Made by a program: the position numbers and the translations under genes | Origin: Gonapodya sp. JEL0774 | Taxonomy: Eukaryota | Length of the DNA stretch: 21,929 bases | Assembly (NCBI GenBank): GCA_027604505.1 | Contig: JADIIX010000097.1 | Span: 62,001 to 83,929, forward strand | Direction: 5' to 3' | Shown: piece by piece, positions 9,162 through 21,929 of the stretch | Layout of the letters: every line of letters starts with the position of its first letter | Numbering within the stretch: the first letter of the stretch is position 1 | Notes under the pieces: model-generated | The model's input: only the letters and a program-made list of their open reading frames with translations | What the model was told of the DNA's origin: nothing | Database searches by the model: none

Positions 9162-12134
9162 CTATCTTCCGAAGTCTCCTAGCCCTCCGTATTCCTCTAA
9201 TGCAAAGCCGTCGACCATTTCTCCATAATCTCCCCCTATCATTGGATCCAATACATCGGCCTCAATCTGCACGATGCTCTCGCTGACCAAGAGGGAGGCG
9301 TCGTTGTCTCGCGCAACCATCCCCGTCACGGAATGGAACAGCGGAGACTCATATGACGCTGTTCGGCAAATAAGCACGGGACTAAGAGTTCCAGTGCGTG
9401 AATTCTGGGGTTCTTGCACCAGGTTCTCAGACGCAGACACACGGCGCACGACTTCTTCAGCATCATGAGCAGATGACGAAGATGGCGGATGTGTGCAGTC
9501 CGCGTCCTCATCAATTTTCGATTCCCTTTCCGTTGTAACGGCATGCTCATAAGTGGATGTCAGAGATGATGAAGATGAGGACCTATTGCTTGTCTTTTTC
9601 GCTACCATTGTGCGACGGCGCTTTTTGCCTCGGTTTGTCTTGGGACCGTCCTCCTCTTCGCTATCATCATGTGACCGACGAGTAACTTCGATGGAGGTAC
9701 GTGGCTGTTGTGCGATTGGGACTATGACGCCCGCCTCCGTGCGCTGGCGCTTCTTGATCACATCAGTCTTCATGGAGATTGGCCTTTGAGCGCCGTGGAG
9801 CTTTAAATACAGACCACAGGCATCTTCACATTGGAGAACGTCAGTCAAATTTGCAAACTTCACATGACGCACAACACAGACAGTCGAAACTCACTGCACA
9901 GAACACCCCCATCCTCGCACCGCCTCCACAAAGGTGTCACGCCGGTACCACAATTCTTGCAGCGAACGTCCTCCCGAGAAGCCAATGTGTCCGCTTTGCG
10001 ATGCAGCTGCCGGTGGTCGAGAGGACGAGCCACTAAATGTGACTTCGCGCTGTTAGATGCAGATGAGGGGCACAATTACTACTGATCTTCCTCGCGGACC
10101 CACTCCACAAGGCCAAGAAACCGTAACGTACTATAGCCCACACGCATTGCACACAACTTCATCGTTTTCGTCTCTCCTCCAGAGTGGCGTCTCCTCGGTA
10201 CCGCAATTAGCACACACATGCTTGACATTCTGTTTTGGGCGACGGGATCTTTTATTAACGTGACCGGATCCGGATGCAGAGGCTGACTCAGAGGTAGCTG
10301 CCGATGCTACGATAACAGGCGAGGAGGATGATCCACGGCGATGTCTCCCAATACTAGAGGTTACCTTGTGGACAGGCGCCCACGATGCGTCCGAATCCGC
10401 ATCCGAGGCGTCATCTGATTGAGCATTTGACGCAGCGTCCGAGCCAACATTGCGTTCATAATTGACTCGGCGAGCATCTGCTTCCGTTTCAGTTGGAGGA
10501 TCGGGAGTCGCCCGTGACATTACAGAAGCGGTGTCAACAGGATCGCACTCGAGTGGGCCAAGGATACAGCTACGCGCCCACTTTGCATCAGTGACAGGAT
10601 CAAGTACTACGTGCCGCGTGGGAATATCAGGGCTGATATGTAACTGGTTAAGTTGCTGTAGAGTAGTCCCCGCTTCGCGGGGACCCCCAACCGACGTAGG
10701 CCCTGGTGTCACTGACACAATCAAATCCTTCGATAGGTCTAGGTTAAGGTCCAGAGAGGCAGAATAACTCTTGCCACTGGCAGATGCCGACGAAGCCCCA
10801 TTTGTGCCAAGTGGCGTGTTTGAGATGTACATTGCCGTAGGATCCGACCAACCTGATTGAACAACAGTCTCGTCCGTTGTTTCAAGGTTGTTCTCGACTT
10901 GGCACTGTTGGGACGACCCGTCCCCCTTTAACACGGACATATGTGGTGGGGTGGGCGGCCAAGATGCTAATGATGCACGCTGGGCGTACTGCTGAGCAGT
11001 CGCCCGAGCTGCGGGAAGACCACGCGAGACCGCAAGAGCGTCGAGATACGCTGCAGCTGCAGATTGAGCTGCGCGATGGAGCTTTGCAAGGTGAGATGAG
11101 TCTATGCTCGGGGGTGGGGAGCGCGATGGTCTCAGAGGAGGGCTTGGTGAGACGGTTGGGGCAGAAGTTGGACGGGTTGGAGGTGGGTTGGCCCGGAGTG
11201 CGGCAAAGTGACGCTGAATAGCAGCGAGATCCGAAATCAGATGCGCCCCTGATCCCGAACCAGAAGACGACCCCGGACGGGATGACGGCCGAGGAGGAAG
11301 CCCTGCTGCGGCAGGGTAGAACGAGCCCGACGCCGCATTGAAACCATCGGCCGATTGGGATTCTGACCGCGGAAACGGAGAAGGGACAGCGTCATACGCG
11401 TGTGCAGCAGCAGCGATGGCCGCGGACCAGGCGGAGAGGCCGGGTAGAGGGCTGGTTGAGGCGGGTACGGTGTTAGGGACCTGATACTGGTACTGATTCT
11501 GGTATGCGAACTGGGTAAGATCCGGAGTGGAAGCCGAAGCATCGGATGGCCACGACGAAAGGTCCGGAGTGCCAGGCAGAACGTCTAGTTGAGTGGCGCG
11601 CTGGGATGCCGGCACAGGCCGCGGCATGGCAGCTGGCAGACTCGTTGGTGAGCGAGCAAGTTCAGCCGAGGCAACTGGGGAGGGAGGAACCATACTTTCA
11701 GATTGGAGCCTTGCTACCGGTACACCATCGAAAAGCGCACCGTCGGCGGGTGATGACGGTAAGGTAGGTGAGTTTAGCGTGGAGGAGACAAGGTTGGAAG
11801 TCGTGTGGGAGTCATTGGTGATACTCAGGGAGGTCCGATTGAGAAGGGTCAACTGCTGGAGGTACTAGATTGGGCAACAAGACCAGGGGGATGCATGGAA
11901 TAGAAAGAAAGAAGCACTTTAGTGAGATTTTTGTACAAGAAGATCAGTAAATGAATCGACGATAATGCTTACCCAGAGTGACCAATCTATATTTGAAGAG
12001 GCGGTCCCCAGGTTGTTAGGGAGCTCAGTGTGCGCGAGCATTGAGCGAGGAACAGTGCTCAACGGAAGCGGGCGTGGTGCGATGAGTGGAGGGTCAAGAG
12101 TGTGAACATGGGGCTGTGGGAATGATGAGGACAT
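9162..12134 (-). CDS. GATA-type transcription factor with two C-x2-C-x17-C-x2-C zinc fingers; ~903 aa, 4 coding exons (5' end uncertain)
   Basis: Exons (minus) 11973-12134, 10132-11864, 9895-10049, 9162-9823 join in frame. Finger 1 [28 protein letters not shown]; finger 2 [50 protein letters not shown]. Long S/P/A-rich N-terminus; basic NLS-like KKRRR after the fingers. Confidence 0.88.
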
Positions 12135-13506
12135 CTGATATGGAAGGGACAACAGTCAGACCACCACTAAAACTCAATTCGGATCTTTGTCCCCCACAAA
12201 TATCCAAGAAGTCACTCTTTCCATTGACTTCCACCTCAGCGATTTGCCACACAGCAGCTTTTCCGCATTCCCTTCTTTCTGTTGTATATACCCAATCTGT
12301 CAAACCGTGGATCGATGGAGTATTCCGGAAGCCCCAAGGATGTCCCGAGACAGCACCGTTAATTTGTATGCATAGGAAGGTGCTCGTCGATCACGTGTAG
12401 TAGCCTCGCCTGCGCAATCGTATTCTCGCTTCTCGTTTCAGCACTCTCCTGTGGGTGCCCCTTGGTGTTTGGCACACGAACACAGTCCCACCACCCTTTG
12501 GCTTCTCTCTAAAAGCACTTATCCGCATCTGCTATTGTCGTTCGTCCTGTGTGTATTCATCCGTGATGGGGAGTCACCGCAAGCACTCCGTCAAACCATT
12601 CCACGAGCCCATTCAACTTCAGCCAGCGCATCAAGGCATCCAACACTGTTTTTCGCTGCCTGTGGTTGTTTCCAGACTGAGCTCTGTTAGCAGGCACTCT
12701 CTGGTCAGTAACCACTCCACGTCTTTTCGTCCCTATCTCCAACAGCAGTAATATCCATACCGCTTCTTCATGAATAGCTACTCACCTACTTTCTCTCCGT
12801 ATCCCCAGGCGTTGCTTCTACCGATATTGGTTGGCAGAATGTCTCTCACTCAGTGGCCAACTCAGAACCACTCAGAACCTGCAGCCTCGGGTTGTTTTTC
12901 GAGTTCGGGGGATTCCCTGGCGATGAGGATTCACATCACCTGACGCACACGCCAGTAATACAAAATCCAAATGAGGAAATACTGGTGTTCTGTGTCTATG
13001 TGTTTTATGTAACGTACTCTAATGTACCCCTGATAGATGTGTATTGTTTGTGGCTTGCATTGTTTGCTCTCCACCTTTTCTCCCCAGTTCACACCTTTCT
13101 TCGTATCGTGCTCTCCGATTCATCCGTGTGTTCGGGAGACTAAAACCGTAGAACTCCATTTCAGAGTCGGCCAACACTACACTCCATAATTTTGCCGACC
13201 ATTTCACGCGTCCATAATGACGCATAAGCCGAGTCCGCCCGCCAGATGCCCGGAAATAAAATGCACTGCGCTGCAGTAGCTATAACTTACTCAAATATTG
13301 TTTCAATCAATAATGAAGGCCGGAGGAGATCCGGAGTAGTTTTCACCGCAGGTCGTATAGAAGTTCCGAACAGAGATGAAAGTATATCCAGAAATACAGA
13401 TTCATTGTTTTAGAGTATGCTCTCTCTCCTTGTCAACATTTCCGGCAGAAGGATGTGCATGTGGAACTGTCCCAACACTCATCCATGAAACAACAAGCCC
13501 ACAGAA

Positions 13507-14636
13507 ATGACGACCATAAGACGCTTCACAGCAGATGACCTTTTTCGATTCAACAACATGTGCGTGACTATCTTGGGTGCCTATTCTGCTCTTGCGAGGA
13601 TTTCAACCCTGACCGTTGTCCCATCAAATCCACAATTTTGGATCCGCCGAACAATAATGTCATTCCGTTACGAAACCATGAAACGATCCTTCCCATTAAT
13701 CATGTATTCTCGCTGAGCAAGAAACCTGGACCCACTCACGGAAACCGTAGGTCCAGCCCTCCCCAGTGGACAAACTTCCCAGCTCATCTATCACCCCAAT
13801 CCTCCATGTCACCGATGGTCCCAAGTACAACATAGGCTTCTATTTACAGTATCTCGCATCTTGGCCGGAGTATTGCCACGTAGCCGAGTCTGCAGGGGGA
13901 GAGTTAATGGGATACAGTTAGTATACAATTGTCTGTTCCTGTCCTGCATGCTCATTTACTGTTCCCCGCCGAATTGTAACTGCAAACCCACTCAATCAAC
14001 TCGTCTACCATGCTTTTTGCTGGCATACAAGTACTTGGCAAGGTCGAAGGGGAGGGCAAACTCTGGCACGGCCATGTCACCGCTGTGACTGTAGCGCCCG
14101 AATACAGGAGGCTGGGAATGGCGGAAAGAATGATGGGCATCTTGGAAGAGGTCTCGGAAAGAATGTAAGCTCTTTTATGGTTCAATGCACGAGATCGCGG
14201 ATGGGACTCTTACTCCGTCGTTCGTGCTTAACAACTTCATTTTTCGTGTTCTCACTATAGACACAACGCCTACTTTGTCGATCTCTTTGTCCGTGCCTCC
14301 AACTCGGTTGCCATCGACATGTACACAAAGTTCGGGTACTCAATGTATCGAACGGTGTTGAAGTACTACAATGCACCGCCTGGAGGGACCGAAGAAGATG
14401 CATTCGGTGGGTTGCCCAGACCTTGACGCAAGGTGGTGCTGGAATCAATGGATTTGACGATAATTTTTCGTGATTCCGACTACTGCTCGTGCGATTTGCG
14501 TTCGTTTTCTTCTTCATTGTGATTGTGTCTCCATGAAATTGAAGACATGCGAAAGGCCCTACCTCGAGACGCGAAGAAGGAATCAGTCGTTCCACTGGGC
14601 CGACCAATACATCCATGGGAGTTGGAGTGGCACTAG
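13507..14636 (+). CDS. NAT3: N-alpha-acetyltransferase 20 (NatB catalytic subunit); ~179 aa, 6 exons
   Basis: Exons 13507-13559, 13722-13746, 13826-13916, 14032-14164, 14261-14406, 14545-14636. They give MTTIRRFTADDLFRFNNINLDPLTETYNIGFYLQYLASWPEY...WHGHVTAVTVAPEYRRLGMA...AYFVDLFVRASNSVAIDMY...EDAFDMRKALPRD, the NAA20/Nat3 signature. Confidence 0.95.
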
Positions 14637-14749
14637 CTGGGCGAGCTGGGTGACACTGGGGGGGCGAGCTGGTGCCGCTATTTGGGCGAGGTAGTCGGTG
14701 AGAGTATACGTAACTAACTGGTAACATAAACGATATCGCATTTTGAATC

Positions 14750-14767
14750 ATATATATATATATATAT
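14750..14767. repeat. (AT)9 microsatellite downstream of NAT3
   Basis: atatatatatatatatat read directly from the sequence, ~115 nt after the NAT3 stop. Confidence 0.9.
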
Positions 14768-15221
14768 GAAACATTTGCTTGCAATAGTTTGTTTTCGACA
14801 ATACGGGGATTTCTTGCTGTCGTCACCATGAGACGGCAGGAACCTTGTCCTTGAAACAGAACAATCGCCGCTCTCTCCCTTTCAGTCGACGGCCCCCTAT
14901 ACGTGTACCCATCCGGTTCACCCAAATCCAGAGGGGCCATGACAGTGGGGTATCTCAGGTGAGCTGCTTGCTGTAGAAGGGAGTGTGGAAACGAGGAGGG
15001 AGGGAGCTCCTGATCACTTGTCAGGGTAAGGGATAAGACACGACGTCTCGCACCCACAGAGCAAAATAGGGCGAAAAGGCAAAGTTCTCGAGAACCTTGT
15101 CTCGCACCAAGTGTGACTTGAATCAAAAGGGCTTCTCCAGGAGCACTGTGGGAGTTCACTTCAGTAGGAAGCTCCCCTTGGCGCCGTCTGGGAACAGGAA
15201 CAGGCTAATCAAGGACCCGGA

Positions 15222-17012
15222 ATGGAACCACCATCATCTCTGGGAGACGAAAGCTTGCCTTTAGGCTCAGTCCCCGTGACTTCGGGGACATCCCGGCCGC
15301 GCTACAGTCAGTCTACCCGGCGATCACATCAATCGTTACTCATCTCCCGTCGTCCACCTTTACGCGCCGGTCATTCCTCGTCTTCCGTTCCATACCCCGT
15401 CGATGCATATTCTGACGACGCAACTTTTGCTGATTTACCTCCGCTACCTACCCTGGCCACGTCTGCCCCGATTACATCACTCGCAACACCCCGCATCGGA
15501 CGAAATGATATTAGGGACGACGTGGAATTCGTGAAGCATGCGCCCTTAAAACATCCAGCGCGCTCGAGTATTCAGCATTGGTAAGTTGGGAGGTGGTGCG
15601 TGTGAGAGTGACGATTGGATATGGCGTAGTGGCTGACTTGAACCACAGGCAGCTCCGTGACCTCCTGACTTGCACGACGAACAGTCGAGAGTTCGTATAC
15701 GTTAATCAGAACAATGTTGTTACCTATAATACAGAGACAAAGCAAGTGAGTTGGTATGTGTATGCGAATTCTTGAGCTAAACTGATATCGCGTTCTCGCC
15801 AACCACGCCTGAACAGTCTACACCTGCTTTCAAAGACCTTGCGTTCTCGCCCTCTTCTATTGCTTCTGGCTGTGGCTACCTGGCAGCAGGTGGACAACGG
15901 AGTCAACTCATCGTACGCCAGCACAACAATAACTGGTGAGTACACATCTTCATTTCAAAGAATTGCATATTTGAGATTCAAATGACTTTTTTCCTACAAA
16001 GGTTTGCGCAAACTGCTGTGGGCGGTTCAATCAACAATGCCATTTCCATTTCGCGTCATCTTGGCGACGTCCGTCTTATGGTCTGCAACAATGATGAAAC
16101 CATAAAAGTATACAGTCTTCCCACTCTTGAGAAAGTAGCGTCCATTTCTTTGCCGACAGCGGTTAACTATGCCGCAGTGTCACCTGATGGGAGGAAAATG
16201 GTGGCGGTTGGGGATTCCAACCAAGCATTTCTCTACGAATTGTCCAACAACACCTACAACAAAGTTGCATCGCTAACGAGTGGGTTCGATTTTCGCTCTT
16301 GCGCCGTATCAGTAATAACCCGAATCTTCGCAATAATGATTTGCATCTTCGCTGCCCCAGCTTCCAATGATGCGGGATTTTCGTGCTCCTGGAACCACTC
16401 CTCGGACAAATTTGCCGTGGCGTCACAAGATGGGTTTGTGAATGTCTGGGATGTGAGATCTTCTGAAAAGCTGTGTCAAATCGCGTCGAAGCAGGTGAGA
16501 GTCAGAGTTGTTGAAACGTGCTTCTACATCTAGAAGATGAATCAGTTCTAGTTTTCTGACTGGAGAATCTGTTGTTCTAGAGCCCGCAAGTGAAGGGTGC
16601 ATGCCGCTCCGTAAAATTCTCTCCGACCGGCAGCATTGACCTTTTGATATACAGTGAGGTTAGGGCCTTTTCCTTTTCTGCTCGACACGGTGTCGGCGTC
16701 TCAAATAAATTTTTCCCCGGGGGTTGCTAAACAGCATGTCTCCTACTTCAGTCTTGTTGACGCGCGCACATTCAATGAGCGCCAGACAATTCGCGTTGTT
16801 CCTCCCGGTGCTGATGCTCACATATCCGGATTAGCATTTGCACCTGACAGTAGGACAGTGTATGTCGGTGAGTTGCAGCAAACTTCGATTGGCGCATTAT
16901 GTCAGTTCGGTCCCTCGCTCATATGTTCGCTTCAGGCACTGAATCCTCTGTTCTCGAATACGACGTTGACACCCTCAGCCGTCGATCATTTGGCTCTGGG
17001 TCGTTTTTGTGA
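15222..17012 (+). CDS. WD40-repeat protein of the DUF2415 / S. pombe C2A9.03-like family; ~424 aa, 8 exons (start uncertain)
   Basis: Exons 15222-15580, 15649-15745, 15817-15935, 16002-16279, 16361-16494, 16581-16658, 16735-16867, 16936-17012. Motifs SIQHWQLRDLL, YLAAGGQ, GGSINNAI, CNNDETIKVY, VNYAAVSPDG, GFSCSW...FAVASQDGFVNVWDVR, GACRSVKFSPTGSIDLLIYSEH, ISGLAFAPD. Confidence 0.85.
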
Positions 17013-17320
17013 ACACCTCCCATTTTTCCACTACATAACCTGATCCGTATCCATTACTGAACCTCTCACATGCATGCACCGACGTTACCTTGACAATATT
17101 CAGTTTTAGGGGCACTGGTCATAGTCACCCATTCATTCAGCAGGAGTATGGAACAAACAGGTCTCATATTTAGAGTGTATAGAATCTCTTGAACATTTTT
17201 AGATCACAAGTACCGTGTGTGATGGATAATTAGTGCCATATTTTTTTTCCTGGTGTTGTGTGCAAGGGACAGTTTTTTGGAAAGGCACCTTCGTCTGGCC
17301 CTCCTTGCTTGCCTCCACAA

Positions 17321-19876
<2,556 letters not shown>

Positions 19877-20189
19877 ATAGTTCGGTGCATGTAGTGAGGT
19901 GGAGGAGGGTGTGGAGTGATATGCACTTGTAGACAAAGAGGGGCGTTGTACTTTTGCCTTCAATTGAATAGTGCCTCTCGATCGACAGTTCTCTCTTCTC
20001 AGGAACTGCGTGCCATCAGACCGCTGTTTTCCAAACCCAGACATGCGCCCAAGAAGTCCGGGTGGCAGACCAGCCAGCAGAATCGCTCATGGTTCTCGGA
20101 TGCAGAATATAGTGTGTTCGGATATGATCAACAAGTGTACAACATTGAATGAAATCTATACAACGGTGAGAAAACGTTTGGAGAAACAG

Positions 20190-21659
20190 CTATGGCTTTG
20201 CCACCAAATCCAGAAATTGAGGTGAGACAAGATATATGGTTGCTGACTTCGGGACGTGATCTTAAAATTACGGTGAGACAATAATCTTACAAGGAAAAGA
20301 GCATGCAAGAATGCTCACCTCTCACTCGCTGCTCATCGCGTAATTCTCCCGTCTCAAGTGAGTAAAACTTATGAGAATGCAGGTTGCCCGAAACGGTCGA
20401 CGCTTTGATTTGTTCCAACACTCTTCTGACGAATCCGAAAGTGCGAAACTCGAACTCCACATCGACAGCCACTTTGCCAGAAACATTGTGATCGGGACCA
20501 TAGATTATGACTACTGAAAGACCCCAATTGAGTTCGGCAGGCACATTGTCGTTGACTGGTGGTGGTAGGCGCGTGTATCGAGTGGTCGCTGTCAGTTCGC
20601 AATCGCGAGGTATGCTCATGTCTGCGGAGACCAGTTTGGAATCGCTCTTTACAAGAAAAGACATTTCTCCTCTGGAAAGCTTCGCAATTCCAAACCTTGT
20701 AACGACCCATTGTCTTCCATCAGACGAGATCCAAGACGCAGACCGTAACAATCAGGTGGAACTCCATCCTTTTTGAAAACTTCCTTTTTCAACTCAAAAC
20801 ACGTGAGGCTGAGTGGCACGAGTACAGAGATGGTCTTGCCGTGAATGTTTTTTACGAAGAGTTGGATGCAGCTCGCCGAAGAACTTCGTGAAGTTGTTAA
20901 CGTTTCTCCTGCTACCAGTTTGTCTCTCTCAAACTTCGAAGTTTTGATGACAACAGCCAGAATTCTCAGTAGATAGGAACGATACAGCACCGCTTCTTCC
21001 TTCCGCAATGCCTGACGCGCCCAGTTTTGAACAACGAGGCGTCCAAAAGGGCAATCGCTCAGATGAGCTTTCAAGAACTTTTCTGGTCCGGTGAATAAGC
21101 AAGCTTCGGTCGAAACTCCTTCGACGTGCCGATGCGGGCATGTCACAATTTTGAGTGCCGGACATCGAGATCTGTGCTGATATGGTCGAGTTGTCCGAAA
21201 CTCCTCTTGTGTGCAGTCAGGGCACCGCCACTTCGGATATTCACACTGCTTTGAAACATGCACTGAGAGGCCGTCTCGAGTAACTTGAACTTGGCACCCC
21301 TGCGGCCGATTCGTGCAATACACAAGAAGCTGGTCACAAATTCTTCTCAGAGGCAGATTTGGGGGGCATTTCTTTGTCATGGTGACGCGACACTCCGGGC
21401 ATGGGGGCGAAGGTCGTTGGTTGAGAACTTCGAGTAATGAGATTTCAAATCAGTAAAGCTCTCCGCCCGACTTCCACCATCCACTAACTACTGCTCAATC
21501 CACAGCTTTCTCACCAGGGAGTATGCACCGCCTGCAAAAAGAATGTCCGTTTTTCAGACACGGCATTACCGGGTCCCTGAATGGTTGACGACAGATTGGA
21601 CATTCTAGATTCAGGTCATGGTCCCTGACGTAGTTGCAGTCCTGGACGTCTGCGGCCAT
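20190..21659 (-). CDS. RING-HC finger + three TRAF-type zinc fingers + two ubiquitin-like domains (putative E3 ligase); apparent 1-nt frameshift at ~20700 (pseudogene or assembly error possible)
   Basis: Exons (minus) 21515-21659, 20319-21427 (frame change at ~20700), 20190-20260. RING CPIC..CLKNGHSFCRRC..CPEC. TRAF fingers CTNRPQGC..H..C, CPDC..H..C, CPH..C..H..CPF. Ubl1 IQLFVKNIHGKTISVLV..LKKEVFKKDGVPPD..LMEDNGSL/TRFGIAKLS. A second degenerate Ubl ends GELRDEQRVRDHVPKSATIYLV after a 58-nt GT-AG intron. Confidence 0.75.
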
Positions 21660-21929
21660 CGAGAAACGTGAAAGGGCAGAAGGAATGCTGGCTGTATCGA
21701 CCCCGAGCTTTCCTGCTTTCCTTAGATGGGTCTCGTGAATTGCTGAATTGCAGGGTAAAACCAACAGGGGCCTAGAGCTTGGTTAATCCGCCTTTGAACG
21801 GGAATGGGATACGTTGAGTTGTTTGGTGTCCGTTTCTGTGGGGACAGGGACGCGGCATATGTGAATTCTGGGGTACCCCACATGGGGTGGCGCCTCCTGG
21901 GGTGTTTCGCCACCACCCCAAATGAGAAT

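Noticed and set aside
1..12134. Iron regulon idea: the GATA factor as an SreA-type repressor of the neighbouring DOMON-b561 genes
   Set aside because: The factor lacks the Cys-rich inter-finger iron-sensing region. I saw only scattered GATA cores upstream of the two genes, with no ATCWGATAA-type cluster.
12426..12436. tcgcttctcg resembling the 5' end of U2 snRNA
   Set aside because: The similarity stops after ~10 nt; no GGCCTTTTGGCTAAGATCA or GTGTAGTA continuation.
14182..15159. 325-aa minus-strand ORF
   Set aside because: It overlaps NAT3 exons antisense, reads through the (AT)n microsatellite (YIYIY), starts at a non-ATG codon and has no recognisable motif.
14938..15221. Possible upstream exon extending the WD40 N-terminus (donor at 14959, CAGTAG acceptor at 15167)
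   Set aside because: The frame is open from 15168 to the ATG at 15222, but the phase-compatible upstream segment has no ATG. At most it is a 5' UTR intron.

Overview
A gene-dense, intron-rich eukaryotic window (~50% GC). Introns are mostly 58-160 nt with GTRAGT-type donors and CTRAC-like branch sites, most consistent with a fungus, probably an early-diverging lineage (inference). The six-frame ORF track fragments every gene, so I rebuilt exon structures by hand and checked reading-frame continuity at all 48 introns. Nine protein-coding loci, in order: two tandem paralogous DOMON + cytochrome b561 genes (+); a LITAF-domain gene not visible as a single ORF (-); low-specificity L-threonine aldolase (-); a two-finger GATA transcription factor (-); NatB catalytic subunit NAT3/NAA20 (+); a DUF2415-type WD40 protein (+); mitochondrial F1-ATPase alpha ATP1 (+); and a RING + 3x TRAF-type zinc finger + 2x ubiquitin-like gene (-) with an apparent 1-nt frameshift inside its first Ubl domain. 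The most unusual items are that RING-TRAF-Ubl-Ubl architecture and its frameshift, a LITAF domain with a CxxD knuckle, a GATA factor with animal-like finger spacing, and a high rate of AAG splice acceptors (4 of 5 in NAT3). I found no RNA genes, CRISPR arrays or transposons.
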